A stretch of DNA of 64,000 nt from Geopsychrobacteraceae bacterium. GTDB lineage: Bacteria > Desulfobacterota > Desulfuromonadia > Desulfuromonadales > Geopsychrobacteraceae. Numbering within the stretch: the stretch's first letter is position 1; every line of letters begins with the position of its first letter. The notes under the pieces were generated by a model. It ran no database searches, was not told the origin of the DNA, and worked only from the letters and a program-made list of their open reading frames with translations. The stretch spans positions 2,400,001-2,464,000 of the forward strand of contig CAXXTB010000002.1 in NCBI GenBank assembly GCA_963676795.2. Reading direction: 5' to 3'. Made by a program: the position numbers and the translations under genes. Below are positions 38,094 through 46,597 of this stretch, piece after piece.

Positions 38094-38911
38094 GGCACAT
38101 TCACCACATGAACCTGATGCAACAGGGTGATGGTCTCCCCTTCTTCGCTCAGGGTCAGCTCCATCGTGACCAGCCCGGCGCGCTGACTGGCCCCCGGATC
38201 GTAGCTGAATGAGCAGCCGGTCACGCCGGAAGTCACCTGAGCCCCGCCACTTGCAGGCGTCGGCTGAGTCGCATTGAATCCGTAGCCATCATAGCGCATC
38301 AGCGAGCCCCCTACGCAGCCGTAAGTCACCGGTCCGTCAGAAAGATAGAAACGTTGATAGGGGGAGCGATGAGCAAATTTGAAACCAGAGGACAAGACGA
38401 GGTGCGAAGTGCTGTTACTACTGCCACTGGCGCTGACACTGCCGATCAGTGCCCGGTTATCCGGCGTTCCGGCATAGGCATTGGCCACCGCTCCGCTTGA
38501 GGTCACATTATAGATGATAAGCGAGTCACCATCATTAGGCACGCGTGACAAATCCCCCAGAACGTCAAATTCAAGATCCGCAGCATCGAAATCGAGGATA
38601 TCGCCCGTGGTTCCGTCAAGATAGGCCCGGTAACGCCCGCCATCCAAGGTATTGATCAATTCAAGATAGTGCGCAGTACCATCAACACGAATACTGTTCG
38701 GCAGGGCGTGACGGATATCCCGCTGCATGCGGCGTAGCGCCATTTCGGCCTGATCGACCAGCCGCGTTCTTCTCGCCAGATCGGTGTACCCCTTGACCGG
38801 AGCGACGATCAGCTTGCCACCCAGCGCACTGAGAATCCCGATGACCAGGATCACCACGATCAGCTCGACGAGGGTGAAGCCACGCTGATTTTTTTCAGAT
38901 GCTGTCCGCAT
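38090..38911 (-). CDS. mshO: MSHA minor pilin MshO
   Basis: QRGFTLVELI, RDIRHALPNSIR, HQVHVVNVP. Confidence 0.88.
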   Translation of the reverse strand: MRTASEKNQRGFTLVELIVVILVIGILSALGGKLIVAPVKGYTDLARRTRLVDQAEMALRRMQRDIRHALPNSIRVDGTAHYLELINTLDGGRYRAYLDGTTGDILDFDAADLEFDVLGDLSRVPNDGDSLIIYNVTSSGAVANAYAGTPDNRALIGSVSASGSSNSTSHLVLSSGFKFAHRSPYQRFYLSDGPVTYGCVGGSLMRYDGYGFNATQPTPASGGAQVTSGVTGCSFSYDPGASQRAGLVTMELTLSEEGETITLLHQVHVVNVP

Positions 38912-38935
38912 AAAATCCACTTAAAGGTATTTTTC

Positions 38936-39046
38936 CTCCCTCTCCTGAGTACCCAAAGGGCATAAAAGAGAGGGTCGTGGTGAAGGGGGCCTCTAAAAAT
39001 CCCCCCTCATCCGTCCTACTGGCACCTTCTCCCTCAGGGAGAAGGA
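38936..39046. repeat. REP-like CCCTCTCCC/GGGAGAGGG palindrome pair inside the msh operon
   Basis: CCCTCTC...GAGAGGG, TGAAGGGGG...CCCCCCTCA, CCTTCTCCC-TCA-GGGAGAAGG. Confidence 0.65.
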
Positions 39047-39053
39047 ACTTTCA

Positions 39054-39521
39054 TCAGTAATCAGCCCGGTAACCGCTCAGGGTCAAAGCCTGCCCGGCCG
39101 GGTCGGTCACTGTCACCTCGATCCGGTAGCCGGAAACAGTCGCAGCAGTCGGCCCGAAACTTTGAGCTATGGCACTGACCGCAACCGAATAGCCTGAGAG
39201 ACCGCTGAGCAGATTGCCGTAGACATCTCTCGCTCCGCTATCATTCAGGCCATGATAATCATCCACATCGTCATAGAGTGCGCGTAACGTTTCGCTATCT
39301 GTCCCGTCAGGGTCGCTGACCGCCTTCAGACAGATCTCTTCCATATAGGACTCGGCAATCGCCAGTGCCTGCTGACGCAACACGGGATCGGCGGAATGGC
39401 TGGTTGCGTAGTTGATGGCCAGCATGACCCCGCTCATAGCAATCGCCAGAACAACCATGGCAATGACCAGTTCGATCAGGGTAAAGCCCTTGTTATTGCG
39501 AGAAGAAAGACGAGCACTCAT
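39054..39521 (-). CDS. mshD: MSHA minor pilin MshD
   Basis: KGFTLIELV, SADP, AESYMEEI, DDVDDY, GYRADY. Confidence 0.88.
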   Translation of the reverse strand: MSARLSSRNNKGFTLIELVIAMVVLAIAMSGVMLAINYATSHSADPVLRQQALAIAESYMEEICLKAVSDPDGTDSETLRALYDDVDDYHGLNDSGARDVYGNLLSGLSGYSVAVSAIAQSFGPTAATVSGYRIEVTVTDPAGQALTLSGYRADY

Positions 39522-39949
39522 GGCGCCCCCACATAGCCGGTTTCTGCCACGACGCTGATATTTCGACCATCGACAAGAATCGTCGTTGAACTTGACACCC
39601 GCCCCATCGCATCGAAATCAAGAGTGACGGCCGGAGAAATGGCAACACCTGTGAAACTATTTTGAGACAGAGGATGACTGTCGTTGAGGACGACGAAACT
39701 GCCACTGGTACAGCCATCGCGTTGCTGAAGAGAGTAGCCCGTAGCTGAGATCTGCGCCCGCACATCGCAGCCGCCGGCGACAGCCAGTTTCTGGGCATAG
39801 CGCAGCGCAGAGGCGACCTCGTCATAAGCCGCACGTCCGCTGTAGCTGCCAAGCTCAAAGAACCTGGGCAGAGCAAAAACTGCCAGAATACCCAGAAGCA
39901 GGATCACGGCAACCAGTTCAACCAGGGTGAAGCCATCGTCTGTCCGCAT
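39518..39949 (-). CDS. mshC: MSHA minor pilin MshC
   Basis: GFTLVELV, ALRYAQKLA, FDAMGR, ETGYV. Confidence 0.85.
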   Translation of the reverse strand: MRTDDGFTLVELVAVILLLGILAVFALPRFFELGSYSGRAAYDEVASALRYAQKLAVAGGCDVRAQISATGYSLQQRDGCTSGSFVVLNDSHPLSQNSFTGVAISPAVTLDFDAMGRVSSSTTILVDGRNISVVAETGYVGAP

Positions 39950-39978
39950 GACCACTATCACCAAAACAGGGAGAACGC

Positions 39979-40002
39979 AAAACGGGGCCAGATGGCCCCG
40001 TT
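39979..40002 (-). terminator. Hairpin/terminator immediately after mshA
   Basis: Minus strand AACGGGGCCA-TC-TGGCCCCGTTTT. Confidence 0.65.
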
Positions 40003-40036
40003 AAGTCGTTTATATGACCAGTAGAATCCCAAAGAC

Positions 40037-40486
40037 TTACTGACAGGTTGTACTGATTGTGGCAGTGGCTGGCACAATCACGTTTGGAGTCACAGCTGTA
40101 TTCAAAGTCGCCTCAGCATAAGTGACAGTACAGTTAGTACCACCGGTTAAAGTAAAAACCCCTGTTGAAGCATCATAGGAATAATCAGAACTCAGGTTGA
40201 TAGCATCATCAATTGAAGCAATATCAGGATAACCATAGTCCATGGTGATACTCGTTCCTTCCATAGTAATAGTCGCTCCGGTTGAATTGGAGACACCATC
40301 AACTAACGCTTGAGCATGGGACAGTGCCATCGCACTACGAACTGAACCGAAGAGTCCTTCAAGGCTGGCCTGACGCGCATCCGACTGCATATCGACAAAC
40401 TTCGGCACCGCAACGGCAGCCAGAATACCCAGAATAACGATGACAACAACCAGTTCGATCAGGGTAAAACCATTTTGATTACGCAT
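40037..40486 (-). CDS. mshA: MSHA major pilin MshA
   Basis: MRNQNG/FTLIELVVVIVILGILAAVAVPKFVDMQSDARQASLEG, YGYP, C-terminal Cys pair. Confidence 0.9.
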   Translation of the reverse strand: MRNQNGFTLIELVVVIVILGILAAVAVPKFVDMQSDARQASLEGLFGSVRSAMALSHAQALVDGVSNSTGATITMEGTSITMDYGYPDIASIDDAINLSSDYSYDASTGVFTLTGGTNCTVTYAEATLNTAVTPNVIVPATATISTTCQ

Positions 40487-40535
40487 TGTGTTCATTCTCC
40501 ATTTCTTCGTGTAAAGGCTCGTCACTATAAATAAC

Positions 40536-41075
40536 TCAATCCCAGGGACTCAACCAGCGATAGGGCTCAGACTCCCTGAGTGTCAATCCTTCAATACTTT
40601 TTTCTCCAGACACTCCCTTATCGGACAGAATTGGAGAAATCTTAAATTCCAGCCGTTTGGGATTATCCAAAGCGGTCTGACAATAGCGGCCGTTGCGCAC
40701 GACATAATAAAGAATTCCGCTGCGGCTATCGAAATACCAGAATCCGGGGTTCAGATTCATTAGCGTAACACCGGAATACGCCCCCCGGTAGTTCTCAGGC
40801 CGCTCGTCGAGCAGATCCATCGGGTTGCTGCCGACCAGCTCGTTCAGCCGGTGCTTTTCACCGGAGACAATATATTTCGCCACCTGGATACCGATGGCGC
40901 TGCGTATTACGCCGACATCGTGCTGAATCTTTGTTCGCTCGACATCAACCATCAGCTTCTGATAATAGCTCAAGGCGACAAATCCAATGATACTGACGAC
41001 AATGATCACGACGACCATCTCCAGGAGCGTAACCCCCTGATCATTCTTCATTGGATTTTTAAAATTATCCTTCAT
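40536..41075 (-). CDS. MSHA-associated pilin-like protein (MshF/MshB position)
   Basis: QG/VTLLEMVVVI prepilin motif, NPMDLL...NYRG...WYFD, between mshG and mshA. Confidence 0.75.
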   Translation of the reverse strand: MKDNFKNPMKNDQGVTLLEMVVVIIVVSIIGFVALSYYQKLMVDVERTKIQHDVGVIRSAIGIQVAKYIVSGEKHRLNELVGSNPMDLLDERPENYRGAYSGVTLMNLNPGFWYFDSRSGILYYVVRNGRYCQTALDNPKRLEFKISPILSDKGVSGEKSIEGLTLRESEPYRWLSPWD

Positions 41076-41105
41076 TATATATATTTAATCAAGTACAAAA
41101 ATGTA

Positions 41106-42329
41106 TCATCTGTGCAAACTGCCTAAATTCCACATCGGCAGGAACACGCCCAGCGCCAGGATCAGAACCATGACGCCGATCAGGATAATCATGATCGGTT
41201 CGATGGCACTGGAGAGACTCTTGAGATCGTAATCGACCTCACGCTCGTAAAAATCGGCGACGTCCTTGAGCATGGTATCGACAGCGCCCGACTCTTCGCC
41301 GACGGCGAGCATCTGCAGAACCAGCGGAGTAAACAGGCCACTCTGGGTCGCACTGCGAGTCAGGGTATCGCCCCGTTCGACGCCGTTACGGATCAGCTCG
41401 ATCTTTTCGCCGACATAGACATTATTGACCGCCCGGGCGGTAAAACCAAGCGCCTGAGACAGTGGAATCCCCGCCGTGTAGCCCATATTGAAGCCACGCG
41501 AAAAACGCACCAGGGTCGAACGCAGAACGATATCACCAACGAGCGGAATTCTCAGTTTGTAACGATCCCAGAGGTAACGCCCCTTGGCGGTCTTCACAAT
41601 CCTTCTGACCAGAAAAAACACCAGCACGACCAACACCAGCAAAACCGGCCAGTAACCGATCATGAACTTCGACAGCCCCATGATGATACGGGTCGGCAGT
41701 GGCAGATCGGCACCTGCGCTGGCAAACACCTTTTCAAAGGCGGGAATGACAAACAGGCTGACGAAAACAATGGCGAAAACGATAGCGATAACGACAAAGG
41801 TCGGATAGCGCATCGCCGCCTTGACCCGGCTGATCGTCTCTTTCTCCTGCTCGAAATAACCGGCCAGCTCGAGAAAAACCTGTTCCAGCTTACCAGTCAC
41901 CTCACCGACCTGAACCATCCGGCAGAGCAGTGGCGGGAAAACATTGAGATGACGGCTGAACGCACCGGACAGATCCATTCCGCCTTCCAGATCGTCGACA
42001 ACATCGGCCAGGGCACGACCAAGCGTTTCGTTACGGGAGGTCTCGACCAGGCCGCGCAGTGCCCTGATCAGTGGCACCCCCGCAGCATTCAGGGTGTACA
42101 TCTGGCGACAGAAGAGGATCAGATCATCGAGACCGACCTTCGGCCTTCTACGCAGACTGATCTTGCCAACGGCGCTTTTGCTCTTCGGCGGAACGATCTC
42201 ATCGATCCGGATCGGCAGCGCCTGGCTAGCCTGAAACTGCGAAGCCAGAGTGTCAGCGGAGAGGGCTTCGACCTCCCCTTCCGCTATCGAGCCGTCTGCT
42301 GTCCGAATTTTGTACCTGAAATAAGGCAT
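41106..42329 (-). CDS. mshG: MSHA platform protein MshG (GspF/PilC family)
   Basis: LFCRQMYTL..AGVPL, GEVTGKL, AMRYP, GEESGAVD, IEPIMI. Confidence 0.92.
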   Translation of the reverse strand: MPYFRYKIRTADGSIAEGEVEALSADTLASQFQASQALPIRIDEIVPPKSKSAVGKISLRRRPKVGLDDLILFCRQMYTLNAAGVPLIRALRGLVETSRNETLGRALADVVDDLEGGMDLSGAFSRHLNVFPPLLCRMVQVGEVTGKLEQVFLELAGYFEQEKETISRVKAAMRYPTFVVIAIVFAIVFVSLFVIPAFEKVFASAGADLPLPTRIIMGLSKFMIGYWPVLLVLVVLVFFLVRRIVKTAKGRYLWDRYKLRIPLVGDIVLRSTLVRFSRGFNMGYTAGIPLSQALGFTARAVNNVYVGEKIELIRNGVERGDTLTRSATQSGLFTPLVLQMLAVGEESGAVDTMLKDVADFYEREVDYDLKSLSSAIEPIMIILIGVMVLILALGVFLPMWNLGSLHR

Positions 42330-44132
42330 CTATCGATCCGTTACCGGCTGTTCAAGGTTCACTTCTCGACCATTATCCGAGGTTGAACCATACTGGGCAA
42401 GACTCTCATCGATCTGACCGGCGATGCGCATAACCTCTTCGAGCGTGGTCACCCCTTCAAGAGCAAGGCTCAGCGCGCTGTCGGTCAGACTGACAAACTG
42501 GGGCATACGCTGGGCCGTCAACGCGAAACCGGCACTGTCGTTGCGCCGCAAGGCATCCGCCAGGTCGAAATTGATCTCCAGAAGTTCAAAAATACCGATC
42601 CGCCCGCTGTAACCGGTATTGCCGCAGGCCGGGCAGCCCCGTCCGTGGAGGAACCGGCGCTCATTCTCCGCCGGCAGGCTGACCCTGCCGTTGTAGCTCT
42701 TTAACCAGCTGCGGCTGTTGACATCAAGCTCGTCGGCACAGCTGCAGCTGACACAGATGCGCCGCACCAGGCGCTGGGCCAGAACCGCTCTCAAGGAGCT
42801 GGCGACCACGTAGCCTTCGGTCCCCATCTCGATCAGGCGCAGCGCCGTGCTGATCGAGTCGTTGGTGTGCAGCGTCGACAGAACCAGGTGGCCGGTCATC
42901 GCGGCACGCAGAGCGATATCGCTGGTCTCCTTGTCACGCATCTCGCCGACCATGACGATATCGGGATCCTGGCGCAGTCCGGCGCGCAGCACCCGGGCGA
43001 AATCGAGACCAATCTTCGGATGAACCTGAACCTGATTGATGCGCGGCAGACGGTATTCGACCGGGTCCTCAACGGTAATGATCTTCTTCTCGGTGCTGTT
43101 CAGTTCGTTCAGCGCCCCGTAAAGGGTTGTCGTCTTACCGCTACCGGTCGGGCCGGTGACCAGCACCAGGCCGTGCGGATTGTGCAACTGCTGACGAAAA
43201 CGCCTAAGCAGCGCCGGTGACATACCGACATGTTCCAGCTGCAGGATACCGCTCGACTGGTCGAGCAGACGCATGACCACCGATTCACCGTACTGCAGCG
43301 GCATGGTGGAGAGACGCACATCGACACTGCGCCCCTTGACGCGAATATTGAAACGGCCGTCCTGGGGCAGACGCCGCTCCGAGATATCCAGACCGCAGAC
43401 CAGCTTGAGGCGCGAAACCAGCGCCGATGCGATACGCCGCTCCTTCATGACCTGTTCGTGCAGCACGCCGTCGATCCGCTGGCGAATGCGCAGCACCTTC
43501 TCATCCGGTTCGATATGGATATCGGACGCGCCCACCTGGACGGCATCCTCGAACAGGGAGCGCAGCAGACGTACAACCGGAGCATCCTCAACAGCGGTCT
43601 CGCTGAGCAGCTGTTCGAGGTTGGTGTCCCCCTGGGAAAGCTCTTCACCGAGTTCCTCGGCAATGGTGACAATCTCCTGGGTCCGCCGGTAAACCGTATC
43701 GAGCGCCTTGAGCAGTTCCGTTTCGTAGACAACCGCCTGACGGATCGGCTTCTTGAGCAATTTCGCCAGTTCATCATAGGCGTAGATATCGGTCGGATCA
43801 GCGACACCGACCAGCAGATGTCCCGCCTCCTCCTTGAGCACAATGGCGCGGAAACGGCGCGCGGCAGTCTCCGGCAGCAGGCGCACTGTATCCGGCGAAT
43901 AATTGTAATGCTTCAGATCGATAAAGGCCAGGCTCAGCTGGCTGGCGAGAAATTCATGAAACTGTTGCGAGGTCACCAGTCCCAGCTCAACCAGGGTGTT
44001 GCCCAGCTTGCCGCCGGTTTTCTTCTGGGTCGCCAGGGCGTGCAGCAGCTGCTCATCGGTGATGACCCCGTTTTTAACCAGGAGGTCGCCGATCCGAATC
44101 TTCTGTCGTGGTCGATTTGGTTGTTCATTCAT
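42330..44132 (-). CDS. mshE: MSHA assembly ATPase MshE with MshEN c-di-GMP-binding motifs
   Basis: RIGDLLVKNGVIT...LATQ / KLGNTLVELGLVT...LASQ, GPTGSGKTT, LRQDPD, TGHLVLSTLHTN. Start placed at 44132, not 44312. Confidence 0.93.
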   Translation of the reverse strand: MNEQPNRPRQKIRIGDLLVKNGVITDEQLLHALATQKKTGGKLGNTLVELGLVTSQQFHEFLASQLSLAFIDLKHYNYSPDTVRLLPETAARRFRAIVLKEEAGHLLVGVADPTDIYAYDELAKLLKKPIRQAVVYETELLKALDTVYRRTQEIVTIAEELGEELSQGDTNLEQLLSETAVEDAPVVRLLRSLFEDAVQVGASDIHIEPDEKVLRIRQRIDGVLHEQVMKERRIASALVSRLKLVCGLDISERRLPQDGRFNIRVKGRSVDVRLSTMPLQYGESVVMRLLDQSSGILQLEHVGMSPALLRRFRQQLHNPHGLVLVTGPTGSGKTTTLYGALNELNSTEKKIITVEDPVEYRLPRINQVQVHPKIGLDFARVLRAGLRQDPDIVMVGEMRDKETSDIALRAAMTGHLVLSTLHTNDSISTALRLIEMGTEGYVVASSLRAVLAQRLVRRICVSCSCADELDVNSRSWLKSYNGRVSLPAENERRFLHGRGCPACGNTGYSGRIGIFELLEINFDLADALRRNDSAGFALTAQRMPQFVSLTDSALSLALEGVTTLEEVMRIAGQIDESLAQYGSTSDNGREVNLEQPVTDR

Positions 44133-44187
44133 CAAAGCACCTGCCTTAGCTTGTTGCCTTCCGGAAACTCCGGAAGGCAACGCGTAA

Positions 44188-44326
44188 GTTTTTAGATTGG
44201 AAACGAGCAATTTTTCCCGTGGCAAGAAAATCAAGGACTTGCGCGGAGGCGTATTACTTACGCCGCACAAGCAAGCCCGCAGATTGACGCCGCCACAGCG
44301 GAAAAGGGCCATTTCCGGATAAAAAC
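44188..44326. repeat. Rod-like imperfect inverted-repeat element (copy A)
   Basis: GTTTTTA/TAAAAAC ends, nested stems, apical GGCGTA-N5-TACGCC, shares two 10-mers with 54897-55060. Confidence 0.65.
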
Positions 44327-44336
44327 AAGCTCATGG

Positions 44337-45677
44337 TCATTGCATCAGCTCTATGCGGCTGCTGATAAATTGCTGCAGATCGTTGCGCAGCCCGGGCAGG
44401 CTCTGTGCCCGGCGATAGGCATCAAGAGCACCACTTTGGTCACCGCTCTGCTCAAGAGAGACGCCCAGTCCCAGCCACCAGATCGCCTGCTGAGGACGGA
44501 CCTGCAGCAGCTGCTGGTAAATCCCGCTGGCCTGGATGAAATCACCACGGTCCTGCAACAAACCGGCGAGCAGCGCGAAATACTCGAGATCCTCGGCAAC
44601 CGCGGGAAGCGGCCTCTGCACCAGAAGATCGATGGCCAACTGAACCTGCTGACGCTCGACCAACAGCCGGGCATAGGCCTTGCGCAAGCGGTATTCCTGA
44701 CCGTCAAGGGCCAGGCCTTCACGAACGACCTGTTCCGCCTGATCAAGTCGGGAGCGCTGAACCAGCAGGGCAAACAGCTGCAGACGGGCTTCGACATGCT
44801 GCGGATTCCTTAGCAGTTCCTGGGCAAAACTCGATTCCGCGGCGAGCAGCTTGCTCTCTTTGAGCTGCTGAAGCCCCAACTCGTATGCCGATTTGCCCTG
44901 CGGGGTGACCCGGGCTACATTCTGAACTTCAGGCAACGGCACTACAACAGCAGGGACGGCCGGCTCTATCACAGCCTTCACTTCTGCAACCTTGTTCTGC
45001 TGAGCAACGGCCACTGTTGTGCCGGATTGAAAGACGATCGACAGCAGATAGGTCCCGTCAGCGGCCTGCTCGCCCTGAATCCCCATCAGGTCAGCCTGAG
45101 CGTCGGTGTCAACCAACAGCTTGAGTGCATCAGCCTGAGGAACCATGCTGACCTGGCGAATCAGACCCTGAATTTCCGGGATAATCAGGTCGGGGGCGGA
45201 ACGCAGCTGATCAAAGATCAGCACCAGCGGCCTGCTCCCCTCACCCGCCTGCACAATCTGGTAGGTCGGAGTGACGGCAAAGTCCATCAACAGAACTGTC
45301 CCCTCTGCGGACTCACGAATATCCATCCCGGTCAGACGCGGTGACTCTGAGTTGACGCCTGAATCCTGGCGAACGGCCGGAGCGGGCGTAGCAACGACAG
45401 CAATCGGCCCGGCTGAGCTGACATCTCCTGCGGGAGTGGTCGGCTCAGCCGGTAGATTTTGCGCCAGCGCGGGTACTTTATGCTCCGCATAAAAATATCC
45501 GCCAGCGCCCCCGACAACAGCGACGGCGACAACCAGGATGGCAACAAACAGCACAATGTGATGGCCCTTGGGCGGCGCATCGACCTGCAATCCTTGCCCG
45601 TGAAGTTGCGTATCGGCGCCGGGCTCACGAGTCCGCCGGCTTTCGAGATCACGCAGCATCTCGTTGATAAGACTCAT
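44337..45677 (-). CDS. mshN: MshN-like TPR protein
   Basis: MSLINEMLRDLE start, TM helix, C-terminal TPRs (WWLGLGVSLE). Confidence 0.82.
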   Translation of the reverse strand: MSLINEMLRDLESRRTREPGADTQLHGQGLQVDAPPKGHHIVLFVAILVVAVAVVGGAGGYFYAEHKVPALAQNLPAEPTTPAGDVSSAGPIAVVATPAPAVRQDSGVNSESPRLTGMDIRESAEGTVLLMDFAVTPTYQIVQAGEGSRPLVLIFDQLRSAPDLIIPEIQGLIRQVSMVPQADALKLLVDTDAQADLMGIQGEQAADGTYLLSIVFQSGTTVAVAQQNKVAEVKAVIEPAVPAVVVPLPEVQNVARVTPQGKSAYELGLQQLKESKLLAAESSFAQELLRNPQHVEARLQLFALLVQRSRLDQAEQVVREGLALDGQEYRLRKAYARLLVERQQVQLAIDLLVQRPLPAVAEDLEYFALLAGLLQDRGDFIQASGIYQQLLQVRPQQAIWWLGLGVSLEQSGDQSGALDAYRRAQSLPGLRNDLQQFISSRIELMQ

Positions 45678-46579
45678 CGCAGCACCTCCAGAAAGACGAG
45701 AGCGGCGACAACCCCGGCAACCACCAGACAGCATTCAACCATATAGCGATTCAGGACACTCACCTGGCCATGAGGTATCTGACTGTCGCGTACAGCGGCA
45801 GCGACCAGACGGCCAGTTATTTTCCGGCGCCCTTTACCGTAACCGGCCAGCAAGGCCTTATGCGCCAGCAGGTTGACCAGGCGGGGAACGCCGCGGCTGA
45901 CCTTGAACAGCGTTGCCACGGCACGCCCGCTGAAGTGCAGTCCCCCCTGGCAACCAGCGACCTTCAGGCGGTGCTCCAGGTAAGCGGCGACCTCGCTCCT
46001 GCTTAGGGACTTGAGCTTATAGGCAAAGGTAATGCGCTGTCTGAGCTGGCGCATGCTATAATCCTGCAGCCGCTCTTCAAACTCAGGCTGGCCGAAAAAC
46101 AGGATATGCAGCAGCTTTTCCTTCTCCGTCTCCAGGTTGCTGAGCAAACGCAGGGCTTCGAGGCTGTTGTAGGACATGGCCTGGGCCTCATCGATCAGAA
46201 TGACCAGCGGCCGGTCTTTTGCACGCAGACGGACAAGCTCAGCGAAGATCAATTGGCAGAGTTCCTGAAAGCTGGCCTGAGCAGGAGGATTAAGTTTCAG
46301 TTCCGAGCAGATCGCCTGGTAAAGCTCCAGGGGGGTCAACAGGGGGTTCGGCAGATAGGCGATAGTACAACTGTCCTGCAGAAGGGTGAGCAGATGGCGA
46401 CAAAGCAGCGTCTTGCCGGTGCCGACCTCACCGGTGATGCGGATAAAACCTTCGCCGTTGCGCAAGGCAACGAGGATGACGTTCAGCGCCTCCTGATGCC
46501 CGCCGAACCGATAGAGGTATTCGGTGTCGGGGGTCAGGGCAAAGGGAATCTCCTTGAGTCCATAAAAATTCTCGTACAT
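45674..46579 (-). CDS. mshM: MshM (ExeA-like AAA ATPase)
   Basis: PFALTPDT, GEVGTGKTLLCR, LIDEAQ, LSNLETEKEKLL. Confidence 0.9.
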   Translation of the reverse strand: MYENFYGLKEIPFALTPDTEYLYRFGGHQEALNVILVALRNGEGFIRITGEVGTGKTLLCRHLLTLLQDSCTIAYLPNPLLTPLELYQAICSELKLNPPAQASFQELCQLIFAELVRLRAKDRPLVILIDEAQAMSYNSLEALRLLSNLETEKEKLLHILFFGQPEFEERLQDYSMRQLRQRITFAYKLKSLSRSEVAAYLEHRLKVAGCQGGLHFSGRAVATLFKVSRGVPRLVNLLAHKALLAGYGKGRRKITGRLVAAAVRDSQIPHGQVSVLNRYMVECCLVVAGVVAALVFLEVLR

Positions 46580-46597
46580 CGCCCTTGCCGATCTCGC

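Noticed and set aside
40037..40486. MshA as a conductive e-pilin
   Set aside because: Only 9 Phe/Tyr in about 143 mature residues with long aromatic-free gaps, and it is a full-length MSHA-type pilin
44133..44312. 60-aa N-terminal extension of MshE in the ORF track
   Set aside because: Runs through the repeat element and hairpin. The MshEN domain begins right after ATG 44132.
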